Source: Planctomycetales bacterium
GTDB taxonomy: Bacteria; 4484-113
Direction: 5' to 3'
Length of the DNA: 64,000 nucleotides
Assembly (NCBI GenBank): GCA_037441675.1
Contig: JBBIRS010000002.1
Coordinates: 231,249 to 295,248, forward strand
The notes under the pieces were generated by a model. It was given only the letters and a program-made list of their open reading frames with translations, was not told the origin of the DNA and ran no database searches. Shown here piece after piece: positions 40,090-50,059 of the stretch (position 1 is the stretch's first letter; each line of letters starts with the position of its first letter). A program made the position numbers and the translations under genes.

Positions 40090-41232
40090 ATCAAGAAAGC
40101 AGTAGCAATAGTTGCACTTCCGAGTTTTGGGGGCTCTGGAATTTTAGCGACGGAGCTTGGGCTTGCCCTAGCTAGGCGAGGATGGGATGTTCATTTCATC
40201 ACTTCTGCCCCGCCCGCGCGTCTTTCCTCTGCCGCCCCTGAAGAAATTACGGAGGGCTTTGTTCATCTACATCAGGTTGTGACTTCAAGTTACCCCATCT
40301 TTACTTATCAGCCTTACACACTTGCACTTGCTGGAAGGATTGCGGAAGTTGTTGAAGATTATGACATAGAGATAATTCATGCTCATTATGCTATTCCCCA
40401 TTCTGTTGCCGCATTTCTTGCTAGTGAGGTAGTTGATAAAAAGTTAGTAAAAGTCACTACGCTTCACGGAACTGACATAACCATATTGGGCATTGATTCT
40501 GGTTTCAAGGAGATGATAAATCTTGCACTGAAGAAGTCGGACAAAGTCACTGCAGTCTCTAGCTGGTTGCAGGGAGAAACGGTAAAACATTTTAACTACA
40601 CGGGTAACATTCAAGTTATATATAATTTTGTAAACCCACGACTATTTCACCCCAATCAACCTGAGGCAGAGAAGGTTAAACAAAGGTATGTGAAAAAGGG
40701 AGAAACTCTTTTCATTCACGTAAGTAATTTTCGCTCAGTGAAGCGAGCTCCGTTAGTCGTAGAATTATTCGCCAAAATTAATAAGCACTATCCTGGGCAT
40801 CTTCTTATGATTGGCGAAGGGCCAGAACATTTCCAAGCTTACCAGAGTTCGGTAGAGTTGGGAGTATCCAACAAGGTCACCTTCTTGGATAGCGTGTTTC
40901 ATCTGCCGCCATACCTAGCTGCAGCCGACATTTTCCTAATGCCATCAATTTCGGAAAGCTTTGGATTAGCGGCGCTTGAGGCAATGGCTTGTGGAACGCC
41001 CGTTATCGCTAGCAAGGTTGGCGGACTTCCCGAAGTGATTGATCATGGCGTGGATGGTTTCTTATGCGAGAAGGATGACATTGACGGTATGGTTAATTAC
41101 GCAAAAACCCTAATTGAAGAAAAAGAGCTTCTTAAAACTCTCAGCGAAAATTGCGCATTAAAACCTGAGAAAAAGTTCCCCTACGAGAACTTAGTTTCCC
41201 AGTACGAGAATTTATACTTGAGTTTAAGTTAG
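40090..41232 (+). CDS. bshA: N-acetyl-alpha-D-glucosaminyl L-malate synthase (GT4), inferred ATC start
   Basis: The frame extends upstream of the ORF-track start with IKKAVAIVALPSFGGSGILATELG...DVHFIT; also HAHYAIPH, TLHGTDIT, HVSNFRSVKR, ESFGLAALEAM. Confidence 0.9.
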   Translation: MKKAVAIVALPSFGGSGILATELGLALARRGWDVHFITSAPPARLSSAAPEEITEGFVHLHQVVTSSYPIFTYQPYTLALAGRIAEVVEDYDIEIIHAHYAIPHSVAAFLASEVVDKKLVKVTTLHGTDITILGIDSGFKEMINLALKKSDKVTAVSSWLQGETVKHFNYTGNIQVIYNFVNPRLFHPNQPEAEKVKQRYVKKGETLFIHVSNFRSVKRAPLVVELFAKINKHYPGHLLMIGEGPEHFQAYQSSVELGVSNKVTFLDSVFHLPPYLAAADIFLMPSISESFGLAALEAMACGTPVIASKVGGLPEVIDHGVDGFLCEKDDIDGMVNYAKTLIEEKELLKTLSENCALKPEKKFPYENLVSQYENLYLSLS

Positions 41233-41310
41233 ATAATTCACAAGCCTTTCAAACACCCAGTTTAGGGTAAAAAGTGTAAATTGAGATATTAAGGGTGCAA
41301 CCTAGGCAAG

Positions 41311-41381
41311 CTGGGGCGGGAGGATTCGAACCTCCGGTCGCGGATCCAAAGTCCGCTGCCTTACCGCTTGGCTACACCCCA
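41311..41381 (-). tRNA. tRNA-Gln (TTG)
   Basis: TGGGGTGTAGCCAAGCGGTAAGGCAGCGGACT-TTG-GATCCGCGACCGGAGGTTCGAATCCTCCCGCCCCAG; no CCA. Confidence 0.96.
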
Positions 41382-41601
41382 AAAATTACTGCAACATTCT
41401 TTCAACTAATCCTAATTATACATTTCTGCGAGTTAATTAAATCTAGCTCCACTTGAAAATCCAGAAGCACCACTTTACTCCCCCTGTATCTACAATTTAC
41501 TTGACAATTCTTCAATTAACTCCGCACACATAAAATTGCCGATTACGCGCCTAAGGAGAGGTAGTTTAAGTGTAAACTAAAGGACTTTTGCTATTCATTT
41601 C

Positions 41602-42003
41602 TTATCCCAAATTTGCAAGACCTAACATTTCGGTAAGCAAAAGTAGCAAGCTTAATAGAGTTAATCCCAAGAGAACTAGAACTCTCTCACGTCTAACTGG
41701 TAGGTACCTTAACCAGAGTACAAGTATACCTATAATCATAGCGAGTAGGACAGATAGGGATGCAACATGTTTATGCCCAGGTGCGGGTAGCAAGCTTGAT
41801 GTTTCACTTGAGCTCAGATATCTTCCAGATAAGAAGGCAAACATAGAGGAAACTGCAACCGCAACCAGAGAATAAAAGGCGGTTTCCAACATTACACTAG
41901 CTCTCCGGATAATTCCAAGAATGAACATAATCAAGCCGAAGATGCTTAGCACAACTGGAAACTGGACAAAAAATATATGAAGATTAAGTGGATTTATTTC
42001 CAT
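41602..42003 (-). CDS. Four-TM membrane protein, DUF2231-like
   Basis: NLHIFFVQFPVVL resembles HP..VHFP.; four hydrophobic helices; His in GHKH. Confidence 0.6.
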   Translation of the reverse strand: MEINPLNLHIFFVQFPVVLSIFGLIMFILGIIRRASVMLETAFYSLVAVAVSSMFAFLSGRYLSSSETSSLLPAPGHKHVASLSVLLAMIIGILVLWLRYLPVRRERVLVLLGLTLLSLLLLLTEMLGLANLG

Positions 42004-42207
42004 TATGTTTCAATAGAGTTAGTCTATCCCAAAATCTTTTTTTAATTCTGCTCCGTATGATAAATAACGTTTAATTAAAGCTAATAACCTTTAGCCATAA
42101 CAAATTAACCTAAAACAACTTAATAGGCACTTAATTTTAGGAAGATTTTGCGAATTAATATTTGTAGAAGAAAATTCTAGATAAACAATTTTCCTAGCAT
42201 ATATTTC

Positions 42208-44721
42208 TCATTTGTGGGAGTGCGATTTTCTAACTGACTTAGATTTTTCTTTAGTGTTTGCCACCTTTGGGGTTCCGAGGGAAGATGCCCGTTTAGCTTT
42301 GGAGTTTTTTCTGGCAATGGCGAGCTTCTTTCCCCTCGTTTTTTTACCATTAGTCTTAGGGGATTCGTCGTAAAGCACAAGAGGTAATACTTCATTCAAG
42401 TGCTTCACGTAGAAAATGTCCATTCCACTTTTAATTTCGTCTGGAACTTCATTAATGTCCTTTTGGTTTCTTGCGGGCAAGATAATTCTTCTAATTCCGA
42501 CACGCTTAGCACCTAGAAGTTTTTCTTTTAATCCTCCAACTGGAAGTATGCGACCTTTTAGAGTAATTTCTCCAGTCATTGCAGTGTCGTTCCGAACCTT
42601 AATTCCATTAAAAAGGGATATCAGGGCGGTGGCAACAGTTATACCTGCTGATGGCCCATCTTTGGGTATTGCTCCCGCGGGGAAGTGAATATGGATATCG
42701 CACTCGTTTATCGCCGCAGGATCTACATTTAACTCCTTGGCGTTACTCTTGAGAAAAGTTAATGCGGCTTGACAGCTTTCCTTCATAACATCCCCAAGAT
42801 GACCGGTAAGAATGAGGTTCCCCTTTCCTGACATCTTGCTTGTCTCTATAACTTGAATATCTCCTCCCACGCTAGTCCAAACCATTCCAGTGGCAACGCC
42901 AACTTGTCCCTTTATCTTTTCTTCTTCAAGCTCGTACTTTCTAACTCCAAGATATTCAACAAGCTTCTTTTCATTATTAACATTCTCCTGTTTAATCTCG
43001 CCGGAAGCAATTTTCAGTGCGACCTTTCTGCATATCTTCGCGAGTTCTCTTTCAAGGTTTCTGACTCCCGCTTCCCGAGTATAATTAAGGATAATCTTTC
43101 TCAACACTGGCTGAGAAATTCTTAACTGCCAAGCGTTTAACCCATGAGCTTCCAACTCCTTTGGCAAAAGGAATTTCTTCGCAATCTGAACTTTCTCCAT
43201 CTCCGTGTAGCCGGAGAGCCGTATAACTTCCATTCGGTCAAGAAGAGCAGGGGGAATTGTATCTAATATGTTTGCGGTGGTTATGAAAAGCACATTGGAA
43301 ACATCAAACGGAACTTCTAGATAATGGTCGGAAAATGCATAATTCTGCTCCGGATCAAGGGCTTCTAAAAGAGCTGAACTAGGATCACCACGAAAGTCCA
43401 TTCCCACCTTATCAATTTCATCCAACATAAAGACTGGATTTCGTGTCCCGGCAGTCCTAATTCCTTGGATTATTCTTCCCGGCAGAGCACCAACGTAAGT
43501 TCTCCTGTGTCCTCTTATCTCTGCCTCGTCCCGTATTCCACCTAAACTCATACGCACAAATTTCCTTCCTAAAGCTCGAGCAATTGATTTACCTAGACTA
43601 GTCTTTCCAGTTCCAGGCGGACCAACAAAGCAAAGAATCGGACCTTTTAGTTTCTTCGTCATCTTAATTACGCCCAGAAACTCCAACAATCTATCCTTAA
43701 TTTCCTCCAAGCCGTAATGGTCTTCATCCAAGATGCTCTTCGCTTTTTTGATATTGGTTTCATCCTCAGTAAGCTTGTTCCAGGGAAGATCACATAGGGT
43801 ATCAAGGTACGTTCTAATTACCCCACCCTCAGCAGATTCCGGGTGCAATTTTGACAGCCTATCAAGCTCTTCAAATGCTTTCTTTTCAACATCCTCAGGC
43901 ATCTGGGCAAGCTTTATCTTCTCTTCAAACTTTTGACGCTCCACTTCTTTGCTGTCTAGTTCTCCCAGCTCCCTCTGGATGGCTTTTAGTTGTTCTCTCA
44001 GGAAAAACTCCCTTTGGCTCTTACCAACCTCATCCTGAACCTGGTTCTGAATCTCGTTGCTCATGTGAAGAAGTTGAATCTCCCTTGATAGTAGAGAGTT
44101 CACAAGGGTTAATCTCTCCTCCGGGCTAATTGTTTCAAGTACTCTTTGCCTTTCCTCCAGCTTAACATTGATGTGAGTTGCAAGAAAATCCGCAAGCATA
44201 CCAGGTTCACGAATGTTATTTCCCGCAACTAAAATTTCGGCAGGGAGAGAACGGGAAAGATTAACGAATTCCTTAAACTGTTCAATTGAGCTTCGCATAA
44301 GCGCCTGTATACGAAGATTGTCTACCTTCTCCTCAATAAGTGGCATAATCCGAGCCTCAAAATATGGGGTATCGCGCGTGAACCTCTTCACCATAAATCT
44401 TGATAATCCTTGGACCAGTATTCTCGTTCCACCCTCTGGCAAAACCAGCTTCCGTAGAATTAGCGCTATGGTCCCAATGGTGAATAAATCCTCAAAATGA
44501 GGATCCTCTATCTGTTCATCCTTTTGCGTAAGAAGACCAATTAGCCTGTTGCCCTGAAAGACCTCCTCAATTGCGGCGACGCTTTTCTCTCGCGATACGT
44601 GAATTGGAAGAACTAAATTCGGGAATACAACAACGTTTCTAAGTGCAAGGATTGGGATTTGCTCCGGAATGGGAGGGGTAGAAGAATCCTTTACACCAGT
44701 TTGGACAGGTTGCTCAGCCAT
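42208..44721 (-). CDS. lon: ATP-dependent protease La
   Basis: LAN domain, GPPGTGKTS, MLDEIDK, PKDGPSAG, PVGGLKEK. Confidence 0.97.
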   Translation of the reverse strand: MAEQPVQTGVKDSSTPPIPEQIPILALRNVVVFPNLVLPIHVSREKSVAAIEEVFQGNRLIGLLTQKDEQIEDPHFEDLFTIGTIALILRKLVLPEGGTRILVQGLSRFMVKRFTRDTPYFEARIMPLIEEKVDNLRIQALMRSSIEQFKEFVNLSRSLPAEILVAGNNIREPGMLADFLATHINVKLEERQRVLETISPEERLTLVNSLLSREIQLLHMSNEIQNQVQDEVGKSQREFFLREQLKAIQRELGELDSKEVERQKFEEKIKLAQMPEDVEKKAFEELDRLSKLHPESAEGGVIRTYLDTLCDLPWNKLTEDETNIKKAKSILDEDHYGLEEIKDRLLEFLGVIKMTKKLKGPILCFVGPPGTGKTSLGKSIARALGRKFVRMSLGGIRDEAEIRGHRRTYVGALPGRIIQGIRTAGTRNPVFMLDEIDKVGMDFRGDPSSALLEALDPEQNYAFSDHYLEVPFDVSNVLFITTANILDTIPPALLDRMEVIRLSGYTEMEKVQIAKKFLLPKELEAHGLNAWQLRISQPVLRKIILNYTREAGVRNLERELAKICRKVALKIASGEIKQENVNNEKKLVEYLGVRKYELEEEKIKGQVGVATGMVWTSVGGDIQVIETSKMSGKGNLILTGHLGDVMKESCQAALTFLKSNAKELNVDPAAINECDIHIHFPAGAIPKDGPSAGITVATALISLFNGIKVRNDTAMTGEITLKGRILPVGGLKEKLLGAKRVGIRRIILPARNQKDINEVPDEIKSGMDIFYVKHLNEVLPLVLYDESPKTNGKKTRGKKLAIARKNSKAKRASSLGTPKVANTKEKSKSVRKSHSHK

Positions 44722-44845
44722 ATAGCTTTTTCTATTTTTGATTATACCATTCTAGCCCTGCCTTCTCTGTTTTAGCATTGTTTAGAGAATTTCAATTTAA
44801 GGTGAGGTTCCACATTTCTTGCTACAAGTGTATAATATTAGCCTT

Positions 44846-45223
44846 ATGCCTGTATATCACTTTCGCGAGCTTGTAATTCACGTTAGTAATCTTAGCCGCT
44901 CCATAGATTTTTACTCATCCATTCTTGGTTTCTCCCTTGATGATCAAGAGGAGTTTATGGGACACCAAATGGCACATATGAGCAATGGCAACGTGCGAAT
45001 CTTCTTACTGCAAGAACCACCAGCCTGGCCACCCCAATGGCACCATCTTGGAGCAATGTTACACTTTGTAGTCGGTAACGATATTGAAGAGTTACACAAG
45101 TCTCTTATGGATAAAGGGGCTCATATATTTAGGGAACTTTCTTTAGGTTCATGGGGAGACCGCATATTCATCATCACCGACCCTGATGGGTATCGGATTA
45201 TGTTTAGTGAACGTGGCGAATAA
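44846..45223 (+). CDS. VOC/glyoxalase family protein
   Basis: IHVSNLSRSIDFYSSILGF...WGDR...DPDGYRI; TATAAT at 44831-44836. Confidence 0.88.
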   Translation: MPVYHFRELVIHVSNLSRSIDFYSSILGFSLDDQEEFMGHQMAHMSNGNVRIFLLQEPPAWPPQWHHLGAMLHFVVGNDIEELHKSLMDKGAHIFRELSLGSWGDRIFIITDPDGYRIMFSERGE

Positions 45224-45384
45224 AAAAGTCTAATGACATCCAAAATAGGAGCCAACATATTACCCCTAAAAAGCGTTTCTAGCCTGCTTATTAATTTTTA
45301 ATATTTTTATTAATCCGCTGAATAGTGTATTCTCACGCAAGTAAGTTCCTTCCAAGCTTTTGTATAATCCGTATAGGAGTTTCT

Positions 45385-48300
45385 ATGAAGCAACAATCAT
45401 TCGGCGTTCATTTTTTGACACCTTGGTTAATTTTTCTTCTCAGTATTTTTGTATTCCTGGGATATTCTAGGTTATTGAGGGCTGAAACCACCGGCTTCAA
45501 CCCAATCTCCTTGAGCGGGACTTGGCTCTTTAAGGAAGATAGTGAAGATTTAGGACTGAGCGAGAACTGGTGGCTTGATGAAAAAGGTAATTCTTGGAGA
45601 GAGGTTCTTGTTCCATCTGCGGGGGAGCTATTTGCGGGAGAGTCCTTTGACGGTATTATTTGGTATAAGAAAGAATTCACACTACCCAAAAATTGGAAGG
45701 GGAGGCGCATATGGCTTGAGTTTGAACGAGTTGCAACAATCGCAACTATCTACTTGAATGGACACGAAATTGGTAGCCATACTGGCGATTACACCAGATT
45801 TCGTTTTGAGATAACAGATGGAGTAAAGTTGGGTGAAGAAAATGTTCTAACGGTCCGCGTGGATGAGGCGGTTGGGCATGTAACCCAGGGTTTCTTATCT
45901 TCTATAAGCCTGCATCATGGTGGAATTTGGGGACACGTGCGGGTCTTTTCAACGGGTGAGCTTGCGATAAAGGTGGATGGCATATTCGCAGATGCAGATT
46001 ATGACAATGGACGCGTAAGAGTGAGCGTCGCGTTTGATGGCGAAGTTGAAGGCGGACAATTCCCCTATGAGGTTTGGATCACCAAAGTGGGATCTTCTAG
46101 AAGGCTTGCTAGCGCTATTGATTTTGCGGATACGCAAAGGGGCGAGTTTTCCAATGTGCTTATTATGGACTCGTCCCCAAAATTATGGGAGCCGATGAAT
46201 CCATACCTCTACGAGCTTCACGTTAGATTGCTCAACATAAAGGGGAAAGTCTCTGACGAGCAAAGCGTTAAGTTCGGTTTCAGGAAGGTTGAGGCTGAGG
46301 GGGAATATCTAAAGCTAAATGGAAAACCGATTACTTTCCGAGCTGTACTAGATTGGGGATATTACAAGGAGAAAGTAGCGCCTGCGCCTGATGAGGAAAC
46401 TATCCGAAGACAATTCGCGGAGATTAAGAAACTTGGGTTCAACGGTGTAAAGCTTGTCCTGGTAATTATGAATCCAAAATACTATGAAATTGCAGATGAG
46501 ATGGGTGTTCTGCTTTGGCAAGAATATCCACTATGGCATATGCCCATTGACAAAACTACAAGGGATGAGCTTCTGCGAATGTATGAAGCGTTTTATCGGC
46601 AGGATAGAAACCATCCAAGCATAATCTTAAGAAGCATAACTTGCGAATCGGGAGGCGTTGACAAGCAAGTTATGGGAGAGCTCTACGCGCTAGGTAAGAA
46701 GATAATCCCAAATTGCCTATTGGAGGATAATTCATCTTGGTTCTGGCTTTCTAACCCCGAATATGCAGGCTACTGGGATGAGCATCCGTATTTAACAAAT
46801 CCGCAATGGGTACGTTATATCCAAAACCTGGATAAGGTAATGGCAGAAAAAGAGCCAAAGCCGTTTCTTCTAGGAGAGGCAATGGCGTTTAATACTTGGA
46901 TTGACAGTATAGCGCTACTTGCGGAGATTGGTGATAGCCGTCCTTGGTGGTTACCAAAGTGCTTTGGTTCAGCCTTAGAAATTGAAAAAAAGATTGTCGC
47001 TGAATATGGCACTAACGCAGTAGAAACACTTCTTAAAGATTCTTACCGCTATGCGCTCCTGCATCGAAAGTTCCAAATAGAACTTTTCCGTATCCGTCCC
47101 GGCAACACTGGCTATGTTGTGAATGTGATACGCGATATGCCGTTAATCCGATGCGGGCTTTACGATGACCTGGAGCGTCTTCGCTGGAATCAAGATGATT
47201 GGAGTTTTCAGGGAGACGTATCCATCCTCCCAAAGACACCAGAAGAACGAAATGGCTTTTTTCTTGGCGAGAAAATTCCTATTAATGTTAGTATTTCTAA
47301 TTTCGGAGATGGAGCAGTTTCGGCGAAAAACCTTGTGATAACTTCATCTATTGCAGAGGGTAATTCAACACGAATACAAAAATTGGAGTACACTCCGTTA
47401 ACAACACTGGAAGAGCTTGTTAATCCTGGTGAAGTGAAAACGGTTACCTCCGGCCTGCTATCAGTTGATGGAGCAACTTCTCCTACACCAATTGACCTCC
47501 AACTTCAATTGAAGGGGACAGCGAAAAACTCACGACGCCTTTGGTTCCTCCCACGCCCTAACTGGAATGAATACGCTGAAAAAGACGTTTATGTTCATTA
47601 CCCAGGATATGCCGATATCGCAAAGTATATACCTTCAGCACCAATTTGGGATGAAACGAAGTCACCATTACCCGAAAATGCACGAGTTATCTTCGCAGAT
47701 GTGTTCACAAGAAAATTACTTGACTTCGTGAATGGTGGAGGGAAGGTAATAATTCTAGCCTCAAACTGGCCCGGCGCGTTCTCTGCAATTGAGCATTCTT
47801 ACTGGAGGGATGTTCCTTTCATTCCGCGGACCGCCTGGACGGAGACAGAGGCTCAGGCAATACTTGAGCTTCAATCCTATGACCTTGTCCAAAACTACTC
47901 AATGGTGGTTCCCACTCAGGAACTAAATATTCACGAGAAGGTCCAACCACTGCTTCGCCTTCTTGACACTCATGATCTCTCCGAAGTGATAGTATATGAC
48001 CAGCTTTTTGAGGCGAGGATTGGCAGGGGAAGCCTTCTGGTTGCATCGCTAGATTTTTCCACACCTGCTGGGCAGTGGTTACTTTCACGCTTGATCGACC
48101 GCCTGCTCACATCAACTCCACAAGGCAAAACAATGAGTTATGAGGAAGCCCTTTCATTCTCCGTTCCGACGCCCTATGCCCTCATTCCACTTCTTGGCAA
48201 CTGGAAATTCCAGCCTGATGCGAATAATGTTGGTGTAGCTGAGAGATGGTACTTGCCCGATTTTGACGATTCTATGTGGCAGGAGCTGCCCGTCTCTCGT

Positions 48301-48633
48301 CATTGGGAGGGCTTCGGAATTAATTATGATGGCTGGGCGTGGTATCGACGCAACGTTGAAATTCCTGTTGAGTTAGCGGGAAAGAACATAGAGCTAATTG
48401 CTGAGGGCATTGATGACGTTTATGAGGTTTACGTAAATGGTAAGTTCGTGAAGTTTCACGGAGATTTGAAACTAGGGCACCCGGAGGGCTCAGTCTGGCT
48501 GAAGCGAACTGTAACAAAGATTGGTAAGTTTCTCAAAGCGGGCGAAGTAAATTCAATTGTTATTCACGTCCTTGATTGGACCGGGGCGGGCGGAATCTGG
48601 AAACCCATCTACCTCGCGGTTGCACAGGATTAG
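45385..48633 (+). CDS. Exported glycoside hydrolase family 2 with a second C-terminal jelly-roll domain
   Basis: Signal peptide; LSGTWLF...WYKKEF...YLNG..IGSH; FGFRKVE...LNGKPI; ADEMGVLLWQE; RNHPSII; C-terminal repeat LGNWKF...WYRR...VYVNG...GGIW. AGGAG RBS before ATG 45385. Confidence 0.9.
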   Translation: MKQQSFGVHFLTPWLIFLLSIFVFLGYSRLLRAETTGFNPISLSGTWLFKEDSEDLGLSENWWLDEKGNSWREVLVPSAGELFAGESFDGIIWYKKEFTLPKNWKGRRIWLEFERVATIATIYLNGHEIGSHTGDYTRFRFEITDGVKLGEENVLTVRVDEAVGHVTQGFLSSISLHHGGIWGHVRVFSTGELAIKVDGIFADADYDNGRVRVSVAFDGEVEGGQFPYEVWITKVGSSRRLASAIDFADTQRGEFSNVLIMDSSPKLWEPMNPYLYELHVRLLNIKGKVSDEQSVKFGFRKVEAEGEYLKLNGKPITFRAVLDWGYYKEKVAPAPDEETIRRQFAEIKKLGFNGVKLVLVIMNPKYYEIADEMGVLLWQEYPLWHMPIDKTTRDELLRMYEAFYRQDRNHPSIILRSITCESGGVDKQVMGELYALGKKIIPNCLLEDNSSWFWLSNPEYAGYWDEHPYLTNPQWVRYIQNLDKVMAEKEPKPFLLGEAMAFNTWIDSIALLAEIGDSRPWWLPKCFGSALEIEKKIVAEYGTNAVETLLKDSYRYALLHRKFQIELFRIRPGNTGYVVNVIRDMPLIRCGLYDDLERLRWNQDDWSFQGDVSILPKTPEERNGFFLGEKIPINVSISNFGDGAVSAKNLVITSSIAEGNSTRIQKLEYTPLTTLEELVNPGEVKTVTSGLLSVDGATSPTPIDLQLQLKGTAKNSRRLWFLPRPNWNEYAEKDVYVHYPGYADIAKYIPSAPIWDETKSPLPENARVIFADVFTRKLLDFVNGGGKVIILASNWPGAFSAIEHSYWRDVPFIPRTAWTETEAQAILELQSYDLVQNYSMVVPTQELNIHEKVQPLLRLLDTHDLSEVIVYDQLFEARIGRGSLLVASLDFSTPAGQWLLSRLIDRLLTSTPQGKTMSYEEALSFSVPTPYALIPLLGNWKFQPDANNVGVAERWYLPDFDDSMWQELPVSRHWEGFGINYDGWAWYRRNVEIPVELAGKNIELIAEGIDDVYEVYVNGKFVKFHGDLKLGHPEGSVWLKRTVTKIGKFLKAGEVNSIVIHVLDWTGAGGIWKPIYLAVAQD

Positions 48634-48986
48634 AAATGACATAGTTTGGATTTGCACCATTGCAGCTTTTGCCCCGCCGATTAACTAGGTCAATGCATAG
48701 GATTTGCAAGAGTGATTGGAGTAGCATAATGGGGTTTTGTTTCTCCGATACATGATTAATTAGAGTGGAGATTAGACTATCACCTAAGGCTTTGTTAAAC
48801 ATACTCGCACTTCGCACAAGGTGAGCTCTTATCGACGAGACTATTACTCAAGTGATGCGAAATAGCGCCTGAGGAGATTTTCAAGAACTTCGCTGTGGGA
48901 AAGCGCGGGGGCTGATGGCGTGGTGGTTGTCGCTTATAACTCGTTGGCTTTTAGAAAAGTTGTAAGGCTGGGGAAAACTAACCTTG

Positions 48987-49340
48987 CTAGTCCAGCCCCA
49001 AATGATACTTCAAGGCTTCTGTTACTGAGCTTATATACTTTGGCGGAAGTTTACCAATAATCTTGCCCACCTGAGAAAGTGAAACAGTCCTAATCTGCTC
49101 GCATTTAACCCAGGAATCTTTGGCAAGTCCTGCTACTCCTTTGGGGATATGCGCAAGAAATGGGAAAGGCTTCGGGGGAGCCTTACTTGTAAGTGGAAGA
49201 ATGGTAACCGTTCCACCAACGCCGGGAAATCGTTCAAAAACAACAGCGTGTCTTTTTCCGAGCACTTCCTTGCCTTTAACCGGATTCATATCAACATAAA
49301 CTATCGTGCCCTTGTGTAGTTTCAGGTTACAACACGGCAT
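48987..49340 (-). CDS. mazF: Type II toxin, PemK/MazF family endoribonuclease
   Basis: GTIVYVDMNPVKGKEV.GKRHAVV...LPLTS...GL.KDSWVKCEQIRTVS; GGAGGAG RBS before ATG 49340. Confidence 0.92.
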   Translation of the reverse strand: MPCCNLKLHKGTIVYVDMNPVKGKEVLGKRHAVVFERFPGVGGTVTILPLTSKAPPKPFPFLAHIPKGVAGLAKDSWVKCEQIRTVSLSQVGKIIGKLPPKYISSVTEALKYHLGLD

Positions 49341-49362
49341 CTTTGCGGTCTCACTCCTCCGC

Positions 49363-49587
49363 TTATTCGTCAAATCCTTCCTCAGTTTCGTGGGCATCCT
49401 CTTTCGCGTAATACGCGTATCCCTCAAGGGCTAGTTTGTCGCGCTCGCGGTCGAGCTCTGCCTTAACTGCCTCGGCAATTAACTGGTTGAGTGACTTCGC
49501 CCGGCGTTTGGCAAGCTTCTTCGCCTCTTCCGCCAGTTTGGCGGGGAGCCTCGTCGTGAAATTTATGGTGTCAGTAATTGATTCCAT
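49363..49587 (-). CDS. Ribbon-helix-helix antitoxin
   Basis: NFTTRLPAKL...SLNQLIAEAV (RHH pattern), acidic tail with LEGY; lies directly upstream of the toxin. Confidence 0.85.
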   Translation of the reverse strand: MESITDTINFTTRLPAKLAEEAKKLAKRRAKSLNQLIAEAVKAELDRERDKLALEGYAYYAKEDAHETEEGFDE

Positions 49588-49609
49588 TATAATATACCAT
49601 TATATTATA
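49588..49609. promoter_or_regulatory. Palindromic operator overlapping the TA promoter
   Basis: TATAATATA-ccat-TATATTATA is a perfect 9-bp inverted repeat abutting the antitoxin ATG and contains -10-like hexamers. Confidence 0.6.
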
Positions 49610-49738
49610 CCGTAAATTTGGACCTCTGTGTTTGGGAAGTGACCATACGGAAGGGGTTGCAGTTGTAGGCTGTTAGTAGTAAGAGTTGTGTCCTTGGGCA
49701 AGGCACGGATTCTGCGAACTAGTTAGGCGTGAATTGTC

Positions 49739-50002
49739 CTATCCTCTAGGTAGTTTATACCGTATGCGGAGGCGCGCGCCATTGTTCTTTCTAGGTTTAT
49801 CAAGTATTTCGTCTTCAGTTCTCATCTTGTCATACATAACCTGACAACACGTCGGTATCCTGTTGTCCTTTCCTGGATAGCTACCTACTCTCTTATGAAG
49901 TTCGCCCCAGCCTATTTCCACATGATATTGACCTAGTTTCTCCGCCTTCGCGAATATTGCCTAGAGTTCTTTCTTAAAATCCTCTCTTGTCAGTTTATTT
50001 AT
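49739..50002 (-). pseudogene. Small putative winged-helix-like protein interrupted by TAG
   Basis: NKLTREDFKKEL*AIFAKAEKLGQYHVEIGWGELHKRVGSYPG..RIPTCCQVM...LRIRYKLPR; TAG at 49961-49963; ATA at the likely start position after an AAAGGG RBS-like motif. Confidence 0.6.
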
Positions 50003-50059
50003 GGTTTCATTCCCTTTCTCCGCAGAGGACAATCGGTCATCTCCACCAAGTCTGTTTAC

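Noticed and set aside
48634..48986. Possible gene remnant or ncRNA between GH2 and mazF
   Set aside because: The frame I translated and the ORF-track ORF 48560-48817 gave no recognisable motifs, and I found no convincing structure.
49341..49427. N-terminal extension of MazF overlapping the antitoxin (ORF-track start 49427)
   Set aside because: A strong RBS precedes ATG 49340 and the MazF homology begins there.
1674..49963. Amber (TAG) recoding or pyrrolysine, suggested by in-frame TAGs at 1674, 22921, 28161 and 49961
   Set aside because: Conserved genes (nadE, surE, hslU, mazF) end at TAG at their expected C-termini, most of the TAG-containing genes have other lesions as well, and no pyl genes are in the window.
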